Source: Candidatus Latescibacterota bacterium
GTDB lineage: Bacteria; Latescibacterota; UBA2968; UBA8231
Direction of reading: 5' to 3'
Assembly (NCBI GenBank): GCA_965219385.1
Contig: CBDCNM010000002.1
Span: forward strand, 2,722,936 to 2,786,935
DNA length: 64,000 nucleotides
This document shows, one piece after another, positions 9,246 through 19,059 of this stretch. The notes under the pieces are model-generated. The model saw only the letters and a list, made by a program, of their open reading frames with translations, searched no databases and was not told the origin of the DNA. Position numbers and translations under genes: made by a program. The stretch's first letter is position 1. Each line of letters begins with the position of its first letter.

Positions 9246-12200
9246 TCAATCCTGAGCCACTTTGAGCTGGACCTGGCGTTCCGCCGTCAGCCAGATGCGC
9301 TTGGGTCCGATGAGGGCATCGACCTGGTGCAGGAGTTCGTCGCAGGGGCTCACCTTGATGGTGCGGGAGCGCACCACCGCGTCTTTTTCGCCGCCATTTT
9401 TCAGGTGCAGCAGCAATTCGCAGTCGCCCAGATAGCGTTCGAGTAGCTGCTTTAATTCGATCAGCAGGTTGGGTTTGACTTCCTCGTAGGGCAGCGCCAG
9501 GTTGACGGCTTTGGTCAGGCGCTCCCGGGCTTGGGCCAGGGGGGTCACCTGGGCCGCGTTGATACTGAGGCGGCTGTTGCGCTCGGATACCTGTCCCTCC
9601 ACCATGACCGCCTGGTTCGGTTGGATCAGCTCCTTGTGGGCCGCATAGGCTTCGGCAAAAAAAGCCACATCGCCCTTGCCGGACAAATCTTCCAGGGTGG
9701 CAAAGGCAAAGGGCTGGCCGCGGCGGTCGGTCAAGGTGCTGATCCGGGTGATGAGACCGCCCACCCGCATGTGCATCCCATCCCCCTGCTCGGGGAGTTC
9801 GGCCAGCGGCCGGGCAAAGGCCTTCAGATCCCGGGCATAGCTGTGCAGTGGATGGCTGGACACGTAAAAGCCCAGCAACTCGCGCTCGCGGGTGAGGGCT
9901 TCCATCTCAGTCCACTCCTCCGCTTCCGGCAGGTTGAGCTGCTCGATTTCGTTGACGCCGTTGCCCAGATCGAACAGACTGATCTGGCCACGCTCTCTGT
10001 CCTCCTGGGTTTTCTGGGCGTTCTTGAGAGCCAGTTCCAGCCCCGCCAGCTGCTGGGCGCGGTGGCCCTCCGGGGTATCCAGGGCGCCGCTGGCGATCAG
10101 GCTTTCGACGACCCGCCGATTGACGGCGCGCAGGTCCAGGCGATCGCAGAATTCAAAAAGGGTCGTGGAGGGACCGTGCTCGATGCGGGACTCGACGATG
10201 CTCTGGGCCGCGCCTTCGCCGACGTTTTTGATGGCGGCCAGGCCAAAGCGGATACCGTCTTCCGTAGGGGTGAAGGTGACGGCGCTTTCGTTGACGTCGG
10301 GCGGCAGGACCGGAATTTCCATGCGGCGGCACTCATCCAAAAGTACGGTGAGCGCATCGGTGTTGTTGCGCGCCACGGTCAGCGAGGCCGCCATGTACTC
10401 CTTGGGGTAGTTGGCCTTGAGGTAGGCGTTCTTGTAGGCGACTTCCGCATAAGGGGCCGAATGCGAGCGGTTGAAGCCGTAGCCCGAGAATACTTCGACC
10501 GAGGCAAAGACCTTGTCCGCGGTCTTGCGGTCCACTCCATTGGCCAAGCACCCGTCGATGAAGGCCTTTTTCATTTTGGCCATCTCTTCGGGCTTTTTCT
10601 TGCCGATGGCCTTGATCATTATATAGGCCTGGCCCAGCGACAGACCGGCCAGGGCCTGGGCCACCTGCATGACCTGCTCCTGGTAGACCAGCACCCCGAA
10701 GGTGTCGGCGAGGACCAGCTCCAGGTCGGGGTGGTCGTAGACCACGGGTTCCTCGCCGTGCTTGCGGGCGATATAGCGCGGGATCATCTCCATGGGCCCC
10801 GGCCGGTACAGGGCGTTCATGGCGATGATGTCCTCTATATTGTCGGGCTCGAGCTGACTCAAGTACTCGCGCATGCCGCCGCTTTCAAACTGGAACACGC
10901 CGATGGTCTCGCCGCGGCCGAACAGGTCGAAGGTGGCCCGGTCGTCCCAGGGGATTTTCTCCAGGTCAAAGTCGGGGATGCGGAGGCGGATGAGGCGGAC
11001 GGCCTCGTCCATGAGGGAGAGTTCCTTGAGCCCTAAAAAGTCCATTTTGAGCAGGCCCAGCGCGTCGCAGGTTTCGCCGTCGAACTGGGTGGAGATACGG
11101 CCGTCTTTGGGGGATTTGTACAGGGGGACGAAGTCGGTCAGGTCCGAAGGGGCTACGATGACCGCGGCCGCGTGCACTGAGGCGTGGCGGGAGAGACCTT
11201 CGAGTTTGCGGGCGTGGGCGATGAGCTGGCCTTTTTCGTCGGGGGCTGCGGCCATCTGCTCGAGTTCGGGGACTTTGTCGATGGCTTTGTCGAGGGAGAT
11301 CTTGAGTTCGTTGGGCACCAGTTGGGCAATGCGGTCCACTTCGCCGAACTCCATGCCCAAAACGCGGCCCACATCGCGGATAACGGCCTTGGCGCCCATG
11401 GTGGCAAAGGTGATGACCTGGGAGACGTTCTGCTCGCCGTACTTGTTGATGACGTAGCGGATGATCTGGTCGCGGCCGGTGTCGGCAAAGTCGATGTCGA
11501 TATCGGGCATGGCGGCCCGCTCGGGGTTGAGGAAGCGCTCGAAGAGCAGATTGTACTTGATGGGATCGGTGTTGGTGATTTCCAAGGCATAGGCCACCAG
11601 GCAGCCGGCGGTTGAGCCGCGGCCCGGACCCACGGAAATGCCCTTGTTGAGGGCAAAGTGGACGTAGTCCCGCACGATGAGGAAGTAGCCGGCGTACCCC
11701 ATCTGGATGATGACATTTAGTTCGTAGTCGAGTCGTTGCTGCAGGCTTTCGTCGATGTGGTCGTAGCGCTGTTTGAGCCCTTGGTTGGCTAGATGGGTGA
11801 GATATTGGCCGTCGTCGTCGAATCCCTCGGGTTTGGGGAAAGTGGGCAGCTTGAAGTCGCCGAATTCGAACTGCACGTCGCACTTTTCGGCGATTTCGAG
11901 GGTATTTTCCAGGGTGTAAGGGATATCCTCGAAGAGTGCGTACATCTCGTCGGGAGATTTCATGTAGAGCCCGTCGGGGTAACACAGGCGATTCTCGTCG
12001 GAGATGTTCTTGCCGGTCTGGATGCAGAGCAGGGCATCGTGCGCTGAGTGATCGTCCTTTTGCAGAAAGTGAAAATCGTTGGTGGCCACCAGGGGCAGGT
12101 CCAGCTTCTTGTGCAGCTTGAGGAGGCCGTCGTTGATTTTGGGTTCGATATCGATGCCGTGGCGCTGGATCTCCAGGTAGTAGTCGTCGCCAAAGATGTC

Positions 12201-12701
12201 CATGTACTCGCGCGCGGCTTTTTCGGCCGCGGACAGGCCCTCGTGCCGGATCAGGTGGGCGATTTCGCCGCTGACGCAGGCCGAAAGACAGATCAGGCCC
12301 TCGGCGTGCTGGCGCAGGAGTTCCTTGTCGACCCTGGGGTTGTAGTAATACCCCTCCAGGTAGCCTTTGGAGACCAGCTTGATCAGGTTTTTGTACCCGG
12401 TGTCGTTTTTGGCCAGCAGAACCAGGTGGTTGGAGCCGTGGGGGAGGCCGCGGGCCGGCTTGCGCAGGTGGCGACTCTCTATGGCCACGTAGACCTCGCA
12501 GCCGATGATGGGCTTGACGCCGGCCTCTCGACAGGCGCGATAGTGGTTTATGGCGCCGAAGAGATTGCCGTGGTCGGTGAGGGCCAGGGCCGGCATCTGA
12601 TACTCGGCCGCCAGGTTGGCCGTATCGTCGAGGCGGCAGCCTCCGTCCAGAAGGCTGAATTCACTGTGACCGTGCAGGTGGACAAAACCAGCCGTAGCCA
12701 T
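9246..12701 (-). CDS. dnaE: DNA polymerase III alpha subunit
   Basis: HLHGHSEFSLLDG PHP domain, GPGRGS, PDIDIDF, GLLKMDFLGL, YGFNRSHS, OB domain. Confidence 0.97.
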   Translation of the reverse strand: MATAGFVHLHGHSEFSLLDGGCRLDDTANLAAEYQMPALALTDHGNLFGAINHYRACREAGVKPIIGCEVYVAIESRHLRKPARGLPHGSNHLVLLAKNDTGYKNLIKLVSKGYLEGYYYNPRVDKELLRQHAEGLICLSACVSGEIAHLIRHEGLSAAEKAAREYMDIFGDDYYLEIQRHGIDIEPKINDGLLKLHKKLDLPLVATNDFHFLQKDDHSAHDALLCIQTGKNISDENRLCYPDGLYMKSPDEMYALFEDIPYTLENTLEIAEKCDVQFEFGDFKLPTFPKPEGFDDDGQYLTHLANQGLKQRYDHIDESLQQRLDYELNVIIQMGYAGYFLIVRDYVHFALNKGISVGPGRGSTAGCLVAYALEITNTDPIKYNLLFERFLNPERAAMPDIDIDFADTGRDQIIRYVINKYGEQNVSQVITFATMGAKAVIRDVGRVLGMEFGEVDRIAQLVPNELKISLDKAIDKVPELEQMAAAPDEKGQLIAHARKLEGLSRHASVHAAAVIVAPSDLTDFVPLYKSPKDGRISTQFDGETCDALGLLKMDFLGLKELSLMDEAVRLIRLRIPDFDLEKIPWDDRATFDLFGRGETIGVFQFESGGMREYLSQLEPDNIEDIIAMNALYRPGPMEMIPRYIARKHGEEPVVYDHPDLELVLADTFGVLVYQEQVMQVAQALAGLSLGQAYIMIKAIGKKKPEEMAKMKKAFIDGCLANGVDRKTADKVFASVEVFSGYGFNRSHSAPYAEVAYKNAYLKANYPKEYMAASLTVARNNTDALTVLLDECRRMEIPVLPPDVNESAVTFTPTEDGIRFGLAAIKNVGEGAAQSIVESRIEHGPSTTLFEFCDRLDLRAVNRRVVESLIASGALDTPEGHRAQQLAGLELALKNAQKTQEDRERGQISLFDLGNGVNEIEQLNLPEAEEWTEMEALTRERELLGFYVSSHPLHSYARDLKAFARPLAELPEQGDGMHMRVGGLITRISTLTDRRGQPFAFATLEDLSGKGDVAFFAEAYAAHKELIQPNQAVMVEGQVSERNSRLSINAAQVTPLAQARERLTKAVNLALPYEEVKPNLLIELKQLLERYLGDCELLLHLKNGGEKDAVVRSRTIKVSPCDELLHQVDALIGPKRIWLTAERQVQLKVAQD

Positions 12702-12873
12702 GTAGATTTCCCGTTTGATTAAGGAGGGGAGCAGGGCCTGATTTAAATTAGATAGGGATCAGGAAAACCTGAAACAGGAGAAAATAAAAACTGGTACATA
12801 CCTGGGACCAGGGAAGATAGAGCACGCGTGGTATCGGTGCCTGAACGAGGGGAGCCAAGCCATCAACACGTCT

Positions 12874-12902
12874 AACATAGCACTTTTAAAATCAAAAGTC
12901 AA
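12874..12902 (-). promoter_or_regulatory. Putative sigma70 promoter of dnaE
   Basis: Minus strand TTGACT-17bp-TATGTT with extended TG, in an AT-rich intergenic region. Confidence 0.55.
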
Positions 12903-13278
12903 TCTCTTGTTTCCGGACATTATAAAATAATATAACATCTTGTTAATAATGATTTTACATATTTATTGAAGAGGGGATTGAGAAGAGTTCAAAAACCCGT
13001 TTGATGCTTGATTTTTATAGGGCTTATGTCGCTTTGTAGTAGCGAGAAAAAAAATAAAAAAACCAGAAGATATTTGTGTTGTACGCCACGCCACGATATA
13101 TTAGCCTCCTGTGGCGACAAGGAAAGCGAACGAACGATGCATTCTGCGCGGTTGGTGATGGCTCTGCCCACGGATCACTACAACAGGAACCCGATGGACA
13201 ATGATGGCGCGGCTGCATCAGCCACGCATCATAAAGGCAAGCTGTACTTAGCGGAATTACTAAGGAGACCCCTCACCG

Positions 13279-13605
13279 ATGGCTCCCATCCCATCCCTTT
13301 CAACCGCGCTAGTTCTCGTGTTGGCAACTTGGCAACTTGTCGGGTGCGGCGACTACGTAACCAAATCAGATCACGACAAGGCCGACGAATCCCAGCAGGC
13401 ACAAATCGACGCCTTGCAGGCAAAAGTTAAGTCTCTCGAAGCCACCTTTAGATCCGACGTCATCCTCAATACTGAAGTCCACACCGACTCTGGGACTTGG
13501 GATGTTTTCGGAGGATCAGTCTCTGTCGAGTATAGCTGGCGGCACTTGTCTGTTGAAGGTCGCCCGACGAATCGAAGGTTTCGCTGTAATCGTGTTGGGA
13601 CATGA
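13279..13605 (+). CDS. Small putative lipoprotein (possibly truncated/chimeric)
   Basis: Hydrophobic signal ending LVGC, coiled-coil segment; stop overlaps the methylase start. Confidence 0.45.
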   Translation: MAPIPSLSTALVLVLATWQLVGCGDYVTKSDHDKADESQQAQIDALQAKVKSLEATFRSDVILNTEVHTDSGTWDVFGGSVSVEYSWRHLSVEGRPTNRRFRCNRVGT

Positions 13606-14588
13606 AAGCCGCAGATAGCACAGGCCAGTCCGTCGAGCTTGACTCCTATGTGCCGGAGAGCCTGCGCGCACTGGGCGATCTCCAGACAGCAATACCTGCG
13701 GTAGCTCGCGACGAGAAGCGCATGAGGGAGGTCGAAGAAGCCGTTCAGCGTTTGCCCACCAGGCATCAACTGACCGTTGGAGATGCTCGCGAAATTGATG
13801 TTGAACCAGAGAGTGTGCACCTCGTAGTGACTTCTCCGCCGTATTGGACCCTGAAGAAATATCGCGAGTACGAAGGTCAACTTGGGCACTGGGATGACTA
13901 CAAGACATTTCTTCGCCAGCTGGACAAGGTGTGGCGCAGGTGTTTCAAGGCGCTGGTTCCCGGTGGGCGTCTGGTTTGTGTCGTGGGAGACGTCTGCCTG
14001 TCTCGCAGGAAAAACAGCGGACGTCACGAAGTCGTTCCTCTGCACGCATCGATTCAAGAGCACTGCAGGAGATTGGGATACGACAATCTGGCTCCCATCT
14101 TCTGGCACAAAATCTCCAATGCCTCCTACGAAGTAGAGAACGGCGGCGGCTTTCTCGGCAAGCCCTATGAACCTAATGCGGTGATCAAGCACGACGTCGA
14201 GTTTCTGCTGATGGAACGAAAACCGGGAGGGTATCGAAAGCCCAGCCCGTCGAAACGTCTTCTCAGCGTAGTCGCCGCGGAGAACTACCAGAGATGGTTT
14301 CGTCAGATCTGGTCGGATGTAGCCGGTGCGTCCACGCGGCAGCACCCGGCGCCCTTCCCTTTGGAACTCGCAGAACGTCTGGTCAGAATGTTCAGCTTTG
14401 CCGGCGACACCGTGCTCGATCCGTTTCTTGGAACGGGCACCACTACGGTGGCGGCTGCCCGCTGGGGCAGGAACAGCATCGGGTACGAAGTCGACCCGAA
14501 GTACATGGAGTTCGCACGGTCTCGAATTTCCGGCGAATTGGATGGCCTGTTCAGCACGGCGGAAATCGTTCATCACAAAACGAAGTGA
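13602..14588 (+). CDS. Beta-class amino (N4-C/N6-A) DNA methyltransferase
   Basis: TSPPY motif IV precedes HPAPFP and DPFLGTGTT motif I. Confidence 0.92.
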   Translation: MKAADSTGQSVELDSYVPESLRALGDLQTAIPAVARDEKRMREVEEAVQRLPTRHQLTVGDAREIDVEPESVHLVVTSPPYWTLKKYREYEGQLGHWDDYKTFLRQLDKVWRRCFKALVPGGRLVCVVGDVCLSRRKNSGRHEVVPLHASIQEHCRRLGYDNLAPIFWHKISNASYEVENGGGFLGKPYEPNAVIKHDVEFLLMERKPGGYRKPSPSKRLLSVVAAENYQRWFRQIWSDVAGASTRQHPAPFPLELAERLVRMFSFAGDTVLDPFLGTGTTTVAAARWGRNSIGYEVDPKYMEFARSRISGELDGLFSTAEIVHHKTK

Positions 14589-15319
14589 TGGCTCTCGAAG
14601 ATCTAAACTATCGCGTGAGAAAAGCCGTCAGGCTCTACTGGTTGACGCTGGAGACCCAGGGCCAGAGACAGGGTGGTTCAGGGGTTGATGCTAGGGACCG
14701 CGGTCGCAGATCGCAGGCAACGGGAGGCAAGCAAATGGACGGGTTCGTCAACCTCGTCACTGAGCTGTTGACTGAAGTAGGCTTGCCTCCAAATGCAATT
14801 CACAGGGACACCAAGCTCGAATTGCCCGGATACTACCGTTCAGCAAAGAAATGGGACCTGCTCGTTATTCTCGATGGTCGTTTGCTTGCAACGGCCGAGT
14901 TCAAATCAATTGCCAGTTCCTACGGAAACAACCTCAACAACAGAACGGAAGAATCCCTTGGCAGCGCCGAGGACTACTGGACGGCGTATAGAGATGGAGC
15001 GTTTGGCGACTCACCCCGGCCTTGGCTTGGATACCTGATGCTGATTGGTGATTCCCACAAGGCCAATACTCCCGTGCGTATTTCCGAACCTCACTTCAAA
15101 GTCTTTGAGGAGTTCCGTGGTGCAAGCTACGTGAAGCGCACCGAAATACTTCTTACGAAGCTGGTGCGTGAACGGAAATACGACTCCACCTGCCTCCTTA
15201 AATCACCGGCCACGGCAGCAGAGACGGGACAGTACAGCGAACCCTTGCCCGAACTATCATTCAACAATTTCTCTGCGAGTCTGGTTGCCAAGGTCCAATC
15301 ATATCTGAAGACGCGATAG
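14588..15319 (+). CDS. PaeR7I/XhoI-family type II restriction endonuclease
   Basis: TGGKQMDGF, LPGYYR..KKWDLLV, AEFKS..SYGNNLNNRTEESLG, RPWLGYLML; TGATG overlap with the methylase. Confidence 0.88.
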   Translation: MALEDLNYRVRKAVRLYWLTLETQGQRQGGSGVDARDRGRRSQATGGKQMDGFVNLVTELLTEVGLPPNAIHRDTKLELPGYYRSAKKWDLLVILDGRLLATAEFKSIASSYGNNLNNRTEESLGSAEDYWTAYRDGAFGDSPRPWLGYLMLIGDSHKANTPVRISEPHFKVFEEFRGASYVKRTEILLTKLVRERKYDSTCLLKSPATAAETGQYSEPLPELSFNNFSASLVAKVQSYLKTR

Positions 15320-15542
15320 ACCGACTCTGAGCAGGAGATGGGCAGCTTGGCCTGAAATTCTCGTTTATTATATTTCCTTATAATTCTCCCGTATTGATGC
15401 GACTACCCTTCCCCCTCCCGGAGGTTGCTCAAAGTCCTGGACGGAAAGGCCAAACAGGGCGCTGTACCTGAATTGTGGGGCAGGTGCGGCGCCGCAAGGC
15501 TGGTCGCTGTACCCCGCCGGGGAATCATTAGGAGGTGCAAGC

Positions 15543-16478
15543 ATGCGGATTCTCATCACCGGCGGGGCCGGCTTCATAGGTTCGCATTTATGTGATCTTT
15601 TCCTGGGGAAGGGCTACGAGGTCATCTGCATGGACAACCTGCTCACAGGGCGTGCCGACAACGTGGCCCAGCACCTGGGCAATCCCCGGTTCAGCTTTGT
15701 GCACTACGACGTGACCAATTTCATCCACGTGGACGGGGCGCTGGACTTTATCCTTCACTTTGCCAGCCCGGCCAGTCCGGCCGATTTCGAAAAGCAGGGG
15801 ATCAGGATTCTCAAGGTCGGCGCACTGGGCACGCACAAGGCCCTGGGGTTGGCCCGGGCAAAGGGAGCCAAATTCTTCCTGGCCTCGACCTCCGAGGTGT
15901 ACGGGGACCCCCTGGTCCATCCACAGTCCGAAGGCTACTGGGGCAATGTCAATGCCATCGGCATTCGCGGGGTCTACGACGAAGCCAAGCGCTACGCCGA
16001 GTCCTTGACCATGGCCTACCATCGCCTCCACGCCGTCGACACCCGCATTGTGCGCATCTTCAATACCTATGGGGAACGGATGCGGCGCGACGACGGTCGC
16101 GCCATCCCCAACTTTACTACCCAGGCCCTGACCGGCGATGAAATCACGGTCTACGGGGACGGCAGCCAGACTCGCAGTATCTGTTATGTGAGCGATCTGG
16201 TGGAAGGCATCCACCGTCTTATGCAGGCGGATATCAACACCCCGGTCAATCTCGGCAATCCCACCGAGATAAGCATGCTGGACCTGGCCAGGACGATCAT
16301 AGAGTACACCGGCAGCAGCAGCAAGATCGCCTTTCTCCCATTGCCCCAGGATGACCCCAAGATGCGGCTGCCGAACATCGCCAAAGCGCGGAAGGTGCTG
16401 GCCTGGGAACCCTTGATGCCTCTGGAAAAAGGTTTGAAGCGAACGATCGAGTGGTTCAGAAAAGAGGTGAAAAAATGA
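15543..16478 (+). CDS. UDP-glucuronate decarboxylase-family SDR
   Basis: [39 protein letters not shown]. Confidence 0.9.
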   Translation: MRILITGGAGFIGSHLCDLFLGKGYEVICMDNLLTGRADNVAQHLGNPRFSFVHYDVTNFIHVDGALDFILHFASPASPADFEKQGIRILKVGALGTHKALGLARAKGAKFFLASTSEVYGDPLVHPQSEGYWGNVNAIGIRGVYDEAKRYAESLTMAYHRLHAVDTRIVRIFNTYGERMRRDDGRAIPNFTTQALTGDEITVYGDGSQTRSICYVSDLVEGIHRLMQADINTPVNLGNPTEISMLDLARTIIEYTGSSSKIAFLPLPQDDPKMRLPNIAKARKVLAWEPLMPLEKGLKRTIEWFRKEVKK

Positions 16479-17344
16479 TCGCCCTAAGCCTGCGCGAAAA
16501 TTGTCTGGGCTTTGAAATCCACGACGGCGTGCACCTTGTGACCCTGTACCGGGCCCGCGAGGAATTGCCGCGCCGCGAATCGTCCAAACCCTGCTTTGCG
16601 CCCATATACACTCCTTCGGGAGTCCTCGTCACCGAGTACCGTCCCGCGGATCACGCCTGGCACACCGGGCTTTATTTTGGCTGGGTCCACGCCAACGACG
16701 CCAATCTGTGGGGCGGTCCCTGGTACCAACCTGAAAAAGGCAAGTACGAGTACGTAGAGCACAGCCACGGGGTCCAGCGCCACGATGGGTTTACCGAGGA
16801 GCGGATGGAGGAAGACGGGGTTTTCATTGGGGAAAGCCTTGAGTGGCTGGACGCGGACGACCGGCCCATGGCCAGGGAAAAGCGGGATTATATCTTCCGC
16901 AAGCTGGAGGGCATGGAGGGGTATTGCTGGACCATCGAAACGCGGATTGCACCGGTGGGGGAAAAGCTGGTCCTGGGGGCTTCCAGAGCCGCCCGTTACA
17001 GCGGTCTGGAATTGCGCATGGGGCCCCCCTTTGCCGAGGCCCGGCACCGCAGCAGCGAGGGGCTCGAAGGCCACGAAAACATCATGGGACAGCAGGCGCG
17101 CTGGGTGAGCGCTGCCGGGGCCACGGGAGGGGCGGTGGTAATGATGGATCATCCGGACAACCCCCGCCATCCAGTACCCTGGTTCACCCGCGCGAACCTG
17201 CTGGGAGCCGGTTTGCTGATGGAGGGCGATCTGGAGGTGAAACAGGGAGAGTCCCTCGAGTTGCGCTATGGGTTTGCGGTTCTCGACCAGGAGCCTGGAG
17301 CAGGTGAAATCGAGAGGCTCTACAGCGAGTACATCGAGGCCTAG
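16475..17344 (+). CDS. PmoA-like/DUF6807-family beta-sandwich protein
   Basis: [12 protein letters not shown]...[12 protein letters not shown]...YSGLELR...[17 protein letters not shown] overlap. Confidence 0.7.
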   Translation: MIALSLRENCLGFEIHDGVHLVTLYRAREELPRRESSKPCFAPIYTPSGVLVTEYRPADHAWHTGLYFGWVHANDANLWGGPWYQPEKGKYEYVEHSHGVQRHDGFTEERMEEDGVFIGESLEWLDADDRPMAREKRDYIFRKLEGMEGYCWTIETRIAPVGEKLVLGASRAARYSGLELRMGPPFAEARHRSSEGLEGHENIMGQQARWVSAAGATGGAVVMMDHPDNPRHPVPWFTRANLLGAGLLMEGDLEVKQGESLELRYGFAVLDQEPGAGEIERLYSEYIEA

Positions 17345-17395
17345 CGCTCTGTAAACCATCTGCCACCTCGCGGCCTTTGCCGCGGCCGGTTTCTC

Positions 17396-17553
17396 AGGAC
17401 CTCAAGGCCAGGAGGGGATTGGGCCGGCGTTTGGTGGGGGGGTGGAGGGGAAAAGGGGGCTCTGGGACTCGGGCCTGCCTGGGGGGTGGCCGGGGGCAAG
17501 AGCGCCCTGGGCATCACCAAACGCCAGAGGCACGAGCCCCGCATGGCCGGCCG
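17396..17553 (-). repeat. Dispersed MITE-like element, copy 1 (internal part, no termini)
   Basis: Reverse complement aligns by eye with 52525-52685 and 41160-41275. Confidence 0.85.
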
Positions 17554-17616
17554 CTGCTTTTGCCGCCGGGCGGCCGGCTTCTCAGACTCTCTTCCAGGAA
17601 GCAGTGGAAAACCAAT

Positions 17617-19059
17617 ATGAGGTTGTTGATCTTACTGTATTGTGGCGCTTTTCTGTCCTGCGGTTCGGCTCCCAAAGTCAAACATCCGGCAATGGCGGTT
17701 CCCCCCCCCGAGAGCTGGACGGCCGGACGCACCCCTGCCGGAGGAGCGGTTGCAAACAGTTGGTGGAACCATCTGGGTACGGCCGCACTCGACAGCCTCG
17801 TAACCGAAGCCTGGGCGCACAATTACGACCTGCAAGCCGCTGCAGCCCGCCTGGACATGGCCCAGGCCCAGGCCCGTCTGGCCGGCGCACCCTTGCAACC
17901 CCAGCTCAGTGCCACGGCTGGGGGAGCGCGACGCAAGCAGAATTTTATCGGCTTTCCGCTTTCCGCGGAGGGGGGCGCGGTGCCCCGCTCGACCACCAGC
18001 AACTACGGCGTCGACCTGAATCTGAGCTGGGAAGTCGACCTGTGGGGCCGCCTGCGGGCCGGCGCAGCTGCGGCTCTGGCTGATCTGCAGGCCACCGGGG
18101 CCGACCTGCGCGGCGCTTATCTGTCCCTGGCCGCCCAGACAGCCCGCGCTTATTTCGCCGCGGTCGAAGCCCGCCGCCAGGTGGAACTGGCCGCGGCAAC
18201 CGTAGAAAATTATCGCCTTTCCACCGAGCAGATCCACCACCGTTACCAGCGCGGCTTGCGCTCTTCCCTCGACCTGCGGCTGGGGCGTTCCAACCTGGCC
18301 GCCGCCCGGGCCGCTTTGCAGCAGCGTCGCCAGCAGCAGGACCGGGTCCGGCGCCAGCTCGAGCTACTCCTGGGGCGCTACCCGGAGGCCGCTCTGGAGG
18401 TTGAGGGCGAATTGCCTGTCCTGGCCGAGCCAGTGCCGGCCGGTCTGCCCGCCGATCTGATTGGCCGCCGTCCCGACCTGGCCGCCAGCGAGCGTCGCCT
18501 GGCCGCCAGCGAGCGTCGCCTGGCCGCGGCGCGCGCCGCCCTCTATCCCCGCATCAGCCTGACCGCTTCCGGGGGGCGCTCCTCCAGCGAGCTGGGCGAT
18601 CTGCTCGACGGCGACTTTTCGGTGTGGAATCTGGTGGCCAACATCAGCCAGCCTATCCTGCAGGGGGGGCGTCTGCGCGCCGGCGTCGACCTGGCCCGCG
18701 CCGAGGCGGATCAAGCCTTGCTGGTGTACGCGGGAAGCGTGCTCAGGGCCTACGCCGAGGTTGAGGAGGCGCTGGCCGCCGAGGTTTTCCTGGCCGCTCA
18801 GGAAGAAGCTCTGGCCGTGGCCGTCGAGGAGGCGCTGGCCGCCCGCCAGCTGGCCGCGGCGCGCTATGGCAAGGGGCTGGCGGATCTGATTACCCTGCTC
18901 GAAGCCCAGCGCCGCGCTTTCGACGCCGAGAGCCGCTTGCTGGCAGTGCGGCGGCAACGTCTGGATGGGCGCGTCGATCTGCACCTGGCCCTGGGCGGCG
19001 GTTTTGCGGCCCCGGAAAGCGAGCCGGTCTCGACAACAAGCGCGGAGAAGCTACCATGA
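17617..19059 (+). CDS. RND efflux outer-membrane lipoprotein (NodT/OprM-type)
   Basis: Lipobox FLSC, NYDLQAAAAR, SWEVDLWGRLR, RRPDL, LHLALGGG. Confidence 0.9.
   Translation: MRLLILLYCGAFLSCGSAPKVKHPAMAVPPPESWTAGRTPAGGAVANSWWNHLGTAALDSLVTEAWAHNYDLQAAAARLDMAQAQARLAGAPLQPQLSATAGGARRKQNFIGFPLSAEGGAVPRSTTSNYGVDLNLSWEVDLWGRLRAGAAAALADLQATGADLRGAYLSLAAQTARAYFAAVEARRQVELAAATVENYRLSTEQIHHRYQRGLRSSLDLRLGRSNLAAARAALQQRRQQQDRVRRQLELLLGRYPEAALEVEGELPVLAEPVPAGLPADLIGRRPDLAASERRLAASERRLAAARAALYPRISLTASGGRSSSELGDLLDGDFSVWNLVANISQPILQGGRLRAGVDLARAEADQALLVYAGSVLRAYAEVEEALAAEVFLAAQEEALAVAVEEALAARQLAAARYGKGLADLITLLEAQRRAFDAESRLLAVRRQRLDGRVDLHLALGGGFAAPESEPVSTTSAEKLP

Noticed and set aside
12720..13100. AT-rich tract as replication origin or ncRNA
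   Set aside because: No DnaA-box array or recognisable RNA motif; explained by divergent promoters.
16475..17344. Methane monooxygenase PmoA
   Set aside because: Soluble beta-rich protein; the family name is misleading and there are no pmoB/C genes.
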